The notes under the pieces were generated by a model. The model was not told where the DNA came from. It did not search any database and saw nothing but the letters and a program-made list of their open reading frames with translations. From assembly GCA_951406725.2 (NCBI GenBank), contig OX597840.1:4960001-5024000 (forward strand): DNA of 64,000 nt, given 5' to 3'. Below are positions 53,595 through 64,000 of the stretch, piece by piece. The stretch comes from Octopus vulgaris (taxonomy: Eukaryota). The position numbers were made by a program, and so were the translations under genes. Numbering within the stretch: position 1 is the stretch's first letter; every line of letters begins with the position of its first letter.

Positions 53595-54006
53595 ATTTTA
53601 CGTTTATCTCGTTAGGTGTCTAAACATGGAGATTCAAGACATCGTTTCTCCCCTGAGATATCAGAATAAAACGAGCTTAGGTTGAAATGGCCTATAGGGT
53701 TAATGTCGGTGGTTAGGGACAGTGGTAATGGTGGTGGTGATAGTGGTGGTGGTGGTGGTGGTGGTGGTGGTGATGCTGTGATAGTGACGGTTGGTTCTGG
53801 TCGTGAATGGTGGTTACGGTGGCAGTTGTGGGGATGGTGGTAGTGATGATGATGATGGTGATGGTGCTGGTGGTGGTGGTGGTGGTGGTGGTGGTGGTGG
53901 TAGTGGTGGTGGTTGTAGTTGTAACGGTATTGTTCAAGGTACGCAATGTTGCTGTTGTTGCTGTAGGTGGTGGTGGCTTCTTACCACACAGTCACTCCTA
54001 CGCGTC

Positions 54007-54126
<120 letters not shown>

Positions 54127-54252
54127 ATATATACATATATATGTATATATATATGTATATATATATACATATATACATACGTATATATATGTATGTATGT
54201 ATATATATATATATGCGTATATAATATATATTCACACACACACACGCATATA

Positions 54253-54417
54253 TAGGCACAGGAGTGGCTCTGTGGTAAGAAGCTTGCTTCCCAGCCACAT
54301 GGTTCCGGGTTCGGTCCTATTGTGTGGCACCTTAGGCAAGTGTTTTCTACTATAGCCTCGGACCGACCTAAACCTTGTGAATAGATTTGGTAGACGGAAA
54401 CTGAAGGAAGCCCGTCG

Positions 54418-54458
<41 letters not shown>

Positions 54459-54459
54459 G

Positions 54460-54525
<66 letters not shown>

Positions 54526-54737
54526 TGTGTACCTATGTTTGTTATGTTTGTCTTCCCTCCACCATCGCTAGACAACTGATGCGGGTGTGTTTACGTCCCC
54601 ATAACCTAGCGGTTCGGTAATAGAGACCGATAGAATAAATACTAGTCTTACAAAGAATAGGTCCTGAGGTCAATTTGTTCCACCAAAGGCGGTGCTCCAG
54701 CATGGCCACAGTCAAAATTACTAAAACAAGTAAAAAG
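54253..54737 (+). mobile_element. SINE family A, diverged full copy
   Basis: Match to family A. Confidence 0.85.
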
Positions 54738-55519
54738 CAAATCATGCTCATAACGTTGCGCATTTTTTTTTATTATAATTTTTTTTTGCCAGACTGAAAA
54801 CAGCTTTTTTCAGGAATGTTTTGTTTCCTCTTTCATCTGAAGAGAAAAATAAATTTTTCTGTAAATTATTAAATATTTAATTCAACTTCCAATATCTCTA
54901 TATTTATAAAACAGCTGTTTCGGCATTTCGATCGTTATCAGTGCAAAAAAGTACTTAGAATTTAGTAGCTATATTAATTAATTATATTTATGCAATAGAA
55001 TTTAACAAATAAATAAATACATAGATAAATAAATAGTCAAAAATAATCACGTAAAAGTAAATAAAAATATTCGAAAGAAGGGAATTTCAAAAATTATTTT
55101 ACCGTTGCATTTCAAATCGAAGGTAACGGAAGGTTTATAGACAGAGATTATAATAGTTTTGGCGGAATATTGCATGTGCTGATCTCCATTGTTATGGAGA
55201 TAACACACATGCTCTCTCGATCTTCCTAGAAATAACAACCAAATCTTTCTTTAACTGCATTTGATAGCGTCAAATAAAATGGATGAAACATTATGCTATG
55301 AATATAATCTTTGATTGAACTCACAACCAAACATTTAATGGGCATCACAGATCCATGTTAAGTATACCATCTCTTACACTGTTTTATTCTTTTACTTGTT
55401 TCAGTCATTTGACTGTGGCCATGCTGGAGCACCACCTTTTCTGGACAAGTACAGCCTATCAGTCTGACTCTTAGCGTGGAAGGCTCCGTATACTATCAAC
55501 ATGTTTCTGGTCTTGGTAT

Positions 55520-55722
55520 CCGGGCGAAATGCTTAGCGGTATTTCGTCTGCGTTACGTTGTGAGTTCAAATTCCGCCGAGGTCGACTTTGCCTTTCATCC
55601 TTTCGGGGTCGATAAATTAAGTACCAGTTACGCACTGGGATTGATGTTATCGACTTAATACCTATGTCTGTCCTTGTTTGTCCCCTCTATGTTTAGCCCC
55701 TTGTGGGTAATAAAGAAATAGG
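55520..55722 (+). mobile_element. SINE family B, 5'-truncated
   Basis: Match to family B. Confidence 0.85.
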
Positions 55723-56660
55723 TATCCATTCTTTTAATTTCTCTCTTTTGCCATTTTATAATTCCCGCTCCATACTGAAGTGAACTTATCGCCCACGTAG
55801 TAACTACTTGGATTTTATTCAATCCAGTCAATTTTGAGCGCAGCACCAACCTCAGTCTTCGGAAATACTTCAACATCAGTTACTCTTTCATTTCATTTTC
55901 TATTATTTCATTGCACCAAGGTATTTGTATCCTTCCGTTTCAATTTGCTGAATTCGGTAATTCTATCCCTGCTAGGGACTTGCCTTGCCTCTTTTTATGT
56001 AGATTACTCCGCACTTCTTGAGTCCAAGTTCCATTCTAATATCAGTACTAAAACAGGATCTCACTTGTATCTCATCTTTGCCATACAGGTTCAAATGATC
56101 CATAAAGAGGAGGCTGTTGATTGTTTGGGATTTTCCCTTATTTGGTACCCCAGGTTCATTTTCCTGAGTACCAAGGTCAGGGGTATCATATAGAGAACGA
56201 AAAGCAACAGAGATAGGCTGTCACCCTGGAAAATCCCTCTTCTGAATCTCAGGGTGCTCAAGCTTTTTCCGTGAGGCGTCAGTTCAGTTTTCCGCCATAC
56301 TTCTCTTCAGGAAACACGTTACATTCCTCGTAATTCCAAAGAGATCTAAGCACTTGAAGATCCACGAGTGTGGAATCATGTCATAAGCTTTGCAATAGTC
56401 AATCCAGGCCATTCCCAGATTTGTTCTCCTTTGTTTACAATCTTGCATTACCGTTTTGTCTATCAATTGTTGATCTTTGGTATCTCTGTATCTCCTTCTA
56501 CAGCCTTTTGGTTCCGGCGGTAATATATCGTTCTCATCAAGAAATTTATACAGTTCTTCTTCAATTCCTCCTGACAGTAAATTCCATATTAACGAGAGGC
56601 AGGAAATTGGTCTGTAATTGTCAGCAGCATTTCATTTGATGAATTCTTCAGGCACAATAC

Positions 56661-56894
56661 CTATTTCTTTATTACCCACAAGGGGCTAAACATAGAGGGA
56701 ACAAACAAGAACAGACATAGGTATTAAGTCGATTACATCGACCCCAGTGCATAACTGGTACTTAAATTATCGACCCCGAAAGGATGAAAGGTAAAGTCGA
56801 CATCGGCGGAATTTGAACTCAGAACGTAACGGCAGACGAAATACCGCAAAGCATTTCGCCCGACGTGCTAACGTTTCTGCCAGCTCGCCGCCTT
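56661..56894 (-). mobile_element. SINE family B, full copy nested in the R4/Dong element
   Basis: TSD caggcacaatac at 56649-56660 and 56895-56906. Confidence 0.92.
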
Positions 56895-57309
56895 CAGGCA
56901 CAATACCGTTCATCCTTGTCAACCAGCCCAGGATTTCTTCTCCTCCATTGATCAATGCGTTAAATTGTTCTCCGATTAATTTATGGCAACTACTGAAATC
57001 ATTTATCCAAAATTCCTGTACATGATCAGGTCCTACTGCTTTCCAATTGCTTCTCTTTTTACTCATATTTCTGATACTGTCTTCTGTGAAGTGGATAGCT
57101 TCTTGCTAGGGATAAGAAGCTGTTTGCTTCAGGTTGCACAGCAATTCAGCTGTAATGCTGTTCTTCTTGCTTACTTCATATCTTATACCGGAAAAGTCAA
57201 CTTTCATTAGCATCAGGGACAACTCTTTCACGTTTCTTATCGTCATTAATATCTTGGTAAAATCGTTTTTGGTCGGTTCTAGACAATTTGCTTTGCTCGT
57301 ATTGCTTAA

Positions 57310-58098
57310 GAAGAAGTTCCAGACACCCAGCTGAATACTTGACAGACACTGACTTTGCTGACGACATCGCTCTTATCAGTGATTCTCTCTCCAATGCCCA
57401 GTCTCTTTTACAATCTCTCGAACAAGCCTCAAATTGTGTAGGTCTTTACCTGAATATATAAACAAGTGCCTGTCCAACAGTGTTTGCATCATCCATACTC
57501 TCAACAATGCGCCCTTAAATATGGTTTCTGATTATAAATATCTTGGATCATACATATCATCATCTGGAAAAGATTTTCTAACTAGAAAGGGTATGGCCTG
57601 GTCAGCCTGTAATGACATGCATAAGATCTGGTCATCAAATCTAAGTAGAGACTTCAAACTTGAAATCTTCAAAGCCACAGTCAAACCAATTCTACTATAT
57701 GGCTCAGAAACCTGGACGTTATCAAAGAAGCTTGAGAGGCAGTTGGATGGAACTTACACTTGCCTCCTTATGAGAGCTCAAAATCTCTCGTGGAAGCGTC
57801 ATCCAACCAAAGTACAAATATATGGGAAACTACCACCTGTGTCATCTCTTGTGAAAGGTAGGAGAGTCCAATTTGCTGGACATTGTTGTAGAGCTGAAAA
57901 TGAGGCAATTTCTACTCTTCTCCTCTGGAAGCCATCTACTCGCGATACCAGAGGGCGCACACTCTCCTACCCTGATGTAATCTCCAGGGATACAGGCATC
58001 CAGCAACAGGACCTCCGTAATGCTATGAGGGACCGTGAAGTCTGGCGTAGCATGGTAAATTCCATTGTCTCGACCACGGTCGAACAATGATGATGATG
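57310..58098 (+). mobile_element. 5'-truncated RTE-clade LINE nested in the R4/Dong element
   Basis: DFADDIAL, YKYLGS, LLYGSETW, FAGHC; (TGA)n tail; TSD attgcttaa at 57301-57309 and 58099-58107. Confidence 0.92.
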
Positions 58099-58669
58099 AT
58101 TGCTTAATCCGTTATTCAAACTTGGTTAGCTTTGATTTTTTGCATGTATTTGTTGCTTCAGTTCTTCAGTTACAATATTCAGGCCTTTTGTATCTACACC
58201 ATACTTCTTCTTAACTTTTTCGAATTTCCATTCATTCTTAAGTTTTCCATTTCTTTTCCTGACACTTATTGACCCTACACTGTTCAAGGAGTTTATCTCT
58301 TCAGAAATTCTCCTTTTCCACCACGGCCGTTTATATCCTCTTCTATCCGTCGCTGTTCTATTCTCAGTAGTTCTCAATACCATCTTTTCCGCCACAATCC
58401 TACTGGCAGCATTGATAAGATTATTTGTTCGTGTGATGTTCTGTGTATAAATGTCTCTCAGAACGATATTGACTTTACTCGTCTCTTGATTCAGTCTCCA
58501 TTGGTTAGCCTTCTTAAAGTCGCACATAAATTCTGTCCCTTCAGTATTTAATAGATCCGCAATTCTGTCTATTATTAATCGATCATCATTATTTGAGTAG
58601 TCACTGATCTCAATAATTTCACAATTCGCGATATTATATTCTTGCGGACAATTGTTCATCTCTTCCACA

Positions 58670-59054
58670 ATGGAAGCACTCCGTCGGTTACGACGACGAG
58701 GGTTCCGGTTGATCCGATCAACGGAACAGCCTGCTCGTGAAATTAACGTGTAAGTGGCTGAGCACTCCACAGACACGTGTACCCTTAACGTAGTTCTCGG
58801 GGATATTCAGCGTGACACAGAGAGTGACAAGGCCGGCCCTTTGAAATACAGGTACAACAGAAACAGGAAGTAAGAGTGAGAGAAAGTTGTGGTGAAAGAG
58901 TACAGCAGGGATCGCCACCATCCCCTGCCGGAGCCTTGTGGAGCTTTAGGTGTTTTCGCTCAATAAACACTCACAACGCCCGGTCTGGGAATCGAAACCG
59001 CGATCCTACGACCGCGAGTCCGCTGCCCTAACCACTGGGCCATTGCGCCTCCAC
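58670..59054 (-). mobile_element. SINE family C, full copy nested in the R4/Dong element
   Basis: Reverse-complement match to 11622-12007. Confidence 0.92.
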
Positions 59055-60569
59055 TTTTCCACTATACTGCTTTTGTTTCTCGAATGCCCAGCCTCACTCG
59101 ATATCCTTCTTTTAAAAGCTTCTAACTCCAATTCTGTTAAACATCCATTCTTTGGTATTGCTCCTGCTTGGTCACACAATATTTGTTCAGTAATTTCGAA
59201 CAGTTCCATTTCCTTCCATTCACTGTGCATTCGTTTTCTGTACCCTCTGACAGGTACGCCATTCGCATCCATTTTGGGTGCTCCGATAGTAGCACTCCAT
59301 AACCATCATGTTTACTTGTTTACTCCAGTCTATGTCATGTGGCATGGCTAGCAGTTGCTAGATTACGACCGGGCCCACCCCCGCTGCAAAGTGGGGCATC
59401 TGCCGGATGAGGCACCTTCACCATTTGTTCCAGTCCGGTTCACACCGTTATCGTCATTTATTTTGCTTGGCATTTTCGCTCACAAATGAGGTGTGCTTTT
59501 AGGTTACTACCAACCCGTAATTTTACCGCGACACCATCTCTGTCAAGGTAGTCCGCCAAGGTGGTAGGGCCCTTGCTCCCCTGGTTTTGGACTCAGAGTG
59601 TCACTTCTGTTAGGTTGCTTGCCACCCAAGGCTAACGAATACAGCCTACCCGGAGCACTGGTTATTCGAAGGCGCCAGATACTCGCATTTTCTCACACTT
59701 CTCGTGTTGGTTTGGCGAAGGATTCAACCAAGACTACAGAGCTCTTACCACCCGTAAGTTGAGCCTGTTCCCTTCGCATTTCTGTGTGTTGGGGACCTGA
59801 TCCTGATTCTCTCTAGGAGATAGGTGTGCGTCAGTTGGTCCAGTATCTTCATCCAAATATTGCTCCGGAGTTAAGTCTCGAGTCGCGGTTCATTCGCCTT
59901 CATCGCAGGCAGGGGAACATTGGACACTAGCAGGTTGTCACCATTGTGACTAAGGAGTCCTATCTACCCTACCTTTTAAATCAGTGTTCCTTTTCCTAGA
60001 CAGACTGCCAACCAAGGCTCACGAGTTCTGTCTACCCGTTTTCGGTATGGCCATTGACTTTTTTAAAGTTCCTCTGCCCTTTGCTGGGTTTTGTTTTTAA
60101 TCCCGCAGCGTGTCAAAAACCCTCCACACGAAGCAAGCTTAGTGGGGTTGCCGGTTTAGTCGCCGATGACTCGACGGTATCGCACACCCACTCCTACACC
60201 TATAAACTGTTTTAAAAGAAGTACTGGGACCTATTTGTTGTTCGACTAAAAAACCAATTCCGTTTCATGCCCCAGCATGGCCGCAGTCCATTGACTGCTA
60301 CAAGTGAAAGGTAAAACATATGAAGTGAAGTGTACGTTGAGAAGTGCAACGTCCAGTAAATAATGAGATATGATATTGGTGTGAGTGTGAGTGTATGTAT
60401 ATGAGTATGTAGATGTATGTATGTGTGTGTATGTGTATATATGTATGTATGTGTGTGTATGTGTATATATGTATGTGTATGTTTGTATGTGCATTTGTGT
60501 ATATGTATGTATGTATATGTATGTATTCTGTGTGTATATGTGTATGTATGTGTATGTATTATGTGTATG

Positions 60570-60673
<104 letters not shown>

Positions 60674-60854
60674 TGTATGTGTGTGTATATGTGTATGTAA
60701 ATATATATGTATATGCATGTGTTTATGTCTGTGTATGTATGTGTATGCATGAGCGTGGATATGTGTAAATGTATATATATATGTATAAATATATATAAAT
60801 ATATATATACATATATATACATATATATATATACATATATATAATATATATACA

Positions 60855-60922
<68 letters not shown>

Positions 60923-61139
60923 AGTGTATGTACGTTTATGTATGTTTGTGTATGTGTGCATGTGTGTATATGTATGTGTGTGATGGAGCGGAGATTGGCG
61001 CGGCAGACAGAATTAACAAAATATGCGGAAGATGTTAAAAAAAAAAAGAAATATGGCGGAAAACAGACGTTGTTTGATGTGTTTGGTTGTGTTAATGTTA
61101 AAACATGAGAGATTGAGAAAAAAATGCCACGAGAGATGA

Positions 61140-61198
61140 AAGAGACAGAAAGAGAGAGAGAAAGAAAGAAAGAAAGCAGGAAAGAAAGAAAGAAAGAC

Positions 61199-61233
<35 letters not shown>

Positions 61234-61352
61234 AGGAAAGAAAGAAAGAAAGAAAGAAATAAAAAAAGAAAGAAAAAAAGAAGGTAGGAAGAAAGAAAGA
61301 AAGAAAGAAAGAAAGGAAGGAAGAAAGAAAGAAAGAAAGAAAGGAAAGGAAA

Positions 61353-61397
<45 letters not shown>

Positions 61398-61557
61398 GAA
61401 GGAAAGAAAGAAAGAAAGAAAGAAAGGAAGGAAGGAAGAAAGAAAGAAAGAAAAGAAGGAAGGAAGAAAGAAAGAAAGAAAGAAAGAAAGGAAGAAAGAA
61501 AGAAAGAAAGAAAGGAAGAAAGAAAGAAAGAAACAAAGAAACAAAGAAAGAAAGGAA

Positions 61558-61602
<45 letters not shown>

Positions 61603-61650
61603 AGGAAAGAAAGAAAGAAAAAAGAAAGAAAGAAACAAACAAACAAACAA
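61140..61650. repeat. (GAAA)n purine tract
   Basis: Direct reading. Confidence 0.95.
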
Positions 61651-61809
61651 ACGGCGGTGCATCAGCATGGCCGCAGCTCTGAGCTGAAACTAAAAAAAAA
61701 ATAAAAAAAAAAAAAAAGGAAAAAGAAAGAAAGAAGGAGGGATGAGAGAAAAAGTGAGCGAGAGAGGGAGATCGTTTATGTATGTATGTGTGTGTGTTTG
61801 TGTGTCTAT

Positions 61810-62430
61810 ATATGTGTACACGTGTGTATGTATGTGTATGCCCCTGTATATGCGTGTCTATGTATGTGTGTATGCGTATGTGTCTGTACGTGTGTGTATG
61901 TGTGTCTGAATGTCCGTATGTATGTGTGTATGTGTATGCCCCTGTATATGTGTGTCTATGTATGTGTGTGTGCGTATGTGTGTGTACGTGTGTGTATGTG
62001 TGTCTGAATGTCCGTATGTATGTGTGTATGTGTATGCCCCTGTATATGTGTGTCTATGTATGTGTGTGTGCGTATGTGTGTGTACGTGTGTGTATGTGTG
62101 TCTGAATGTCCGTATGTATGTGTGTATGTGTATGCCCCTGTATATGTGTGTCTATGTATGTGTGTGTGCGTATGTGTGTGTACGTGTGTGTATGTGTGTC
62201 TGAATGTCCGTATGTATGTGTGTATGTGTATGCCCCTGTATATGTGTGTCTATGTATGTGTGTGTGCGTATGTGTGTGTGTACGTGTGTGTATGTGTGTC
62301 TGAATGTCCGTATGTATGTGTGTATGTGAATGCCCCTGTATATGTGTGTCTATGTATGTGTGTGTGCGTATGTGTGTGTAGGTGTGTGTATGTGTCTGAA
62401 TGTCCGTATGTATGTGTGTATGTATGTACG
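61810..62430. repeat. 98-bp minisatellite, about 6 units, built from TG/TATG motifs
   Basis: Anchors tctgaatgtccg and atgcccctgta recur every 98 bp (ORF starts 61910, 62008, 62106). Confidence 0.9.
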
Positions 62431-62547
62431 TGTGTTTGTGCGTATGTATGTATTAGTATGTGTATATGTTTGTATGCGTGTATGTGAGTTTGTATGCACG
62501 TATGCGTATGTGTGTATGTATATGTAAGTATGTGTGTGTATGTTTCT

Positions 62548-62585
<38 letters not shown>

Positions 62586-63745
62586 ATAAGGCAGAGAGAA
62601 GAGAAAGACAGAAAGGAGAGAAAGGCCGGGGAATAGAATAGATTGAAACTGAGAGAGAAAGAGGAGAGGCAGAGAAAGGGAGAGAGAGACGGGGGAGAGA
62701 GCGTGTGCGCGCCCGCGTTTGTGTAAGAGAGAGAGAGATGCAGAAAGAGACAGTGTAGTTTGACATTAAGACGACTAGTTGGGATGTGAGTGTGTGTGTG
62801 TGTGTGTGTGAGTCTGTGTGTGTGAGAGATAGAGAGAGAGAGAGAGAGATGAGATGATAGCTCTAATGTGCGTGAATGTTGTGACAAGAATTTTTAATGA
62901 ATCTCTCTCTGTCTCTGTCTCTCTCTGTCTCTGTCTCTCTCTGTCTCTGCCTCTCTCTCTCTCTCTCTCTCTCCCTCTCTATCTCTCTATCTCTCTCTGG
63001 AGAATCACTTTACGATGAGAGGTCAGAGAAAGTCAAAGATGATAAGCTTCATAAACAAGACGAAGACACTGGAACATTGGGCGACTGGACGACAGGGTGA
63101 CAGGGTGTCAGGGTGACAGGGTGACAGGGCAACAGGGTGTCAGAGTGTCACGGCGACAGGCCGGCATGGCGACATACGTATATCTTTTTTTACTTGGGAA
63201 ACCGCCTTGAAGGGTTTTAGTGAAACAAATCGACACCAGGACTGTTTTCGTAAGTCAAGGATTTGTTCCATGGGCTCGTTTGCCGGACCGTCAAGTTACA
63301 AGGACGTAAACACACCAACATCGGTTATCAAGCAGTAGTGGAGGACAAACACGGACAGAAACCATCACACACACACACACACATGGTGTATGTATGTAGG
63401 TGTGAGCGTGGTGGTTTTGGGACAAGAAGTTTGCTTCCCAACCACGCGGTTCTGGGTTAGTCCTATTGTCCTAGTGTGTGTCCCTCGGGCAAGAATCGTC
63501 TCCTATATCCCTGGCCAGACCAAAGAATTTTGAGTTGATTTGGTTGACGAGTAATTGAAAGCAGTCCGTCCGTGAAACAGAACCCGAAACGGCGTACTTC
63601 ATAAGCGAGCTTTCTAACCACATAGCCATGCTTAACACGGCAAAGAACAAAACAAAAATAAATAGCCTTTTAATGTATTTCTCAAGAAATTCAGCACAAT
63701 CATGTCTTCTTCGATAACCAAATTTAGTTCAGTGTCAATATATAT

Positions 63746-63977
63746 ATTTCTTTACTACCCACAAGGGGCTAAACACAGAGGGGACAAACAAGGACAGACA
63801 AACGGATTAAATCGATTATATCGACCCCAGAGCCTAACTGGTACTTAATTTATCGACCCTGAAAGGATGAAAGGCAAAGTCGACCTCGGTGGAATTTGAA
63901 CCCAGAACGTAACGACAGACGAAATACAGCTACGCATTTCGCCCGGCGTGCTAACGTTTCTGCTAGCTCGCCGCCTT
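63746..63977 (-). mobile_element. SINE family B, full copy
   Basis: TSD-like ttcagtgtcaata at 63728-63740 and 63976-63988. Confidence 0.9.
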
Positions 63978-64000
63978 CAGTGTCAATACATACAGAGTCC

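Larger units (their letters stand above)
55723..60184 (-). mobile_element. R4/Dong-like non-LTR retrotransposon: 5'UTR, N-terminus and RT, decayed, with three nested insertions
   Basis: ATG at ~59473; MECYYRS..GYRKRMHSEW..EQILCDQ; PWWKRR; NWKAVGPD; [21 protein letters not shown]; GIFQGDSLS; KYFRRLRLVLRSKL. Confidence 0.88.

Overview
Eukaryotic, AT-rich, microsatellite-dense DNA. The repeat families look like octopus (coleoid cephalopod) genomic DNA; this is inferred from the tRNA-derived SINEs and simple-repeat load. I found no intact host protein-coding gene, rRNA, true tRNA or CRISPR array, and nearly all listed ORFs are microsatellite read-throughs. The window is a nest of transposon relics: four tRNA-headed SINE-like families (my labels A-D), a ~480-bp repeat found only inside (TAT)n (E), a decayed Gypsy LTR element with three nested insertions, R4/Dong-like and RTE LINE fragments, mariner, DD41D, DD37D and Tc2-like DNA transposons, and a TTAGGG-bearing MITE. 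The most notable signal is a set of Penelope-like (PLE) relics in (TA)n tracts, often as fold-back palindromes, carrying about ten recognisable minimal type-I hammerhead ribozyme motifs, including a recurrent CCGANGA core variant. The few unique islands hold a cluster of perfect CRE palindromes (39.3-39.7 kb and 43.6 kb) and a well-signalled 68-nt candidate exon next to a degenerate telomeric-like array. Repeat coordinates were read by eye and are approximate to a few bases.
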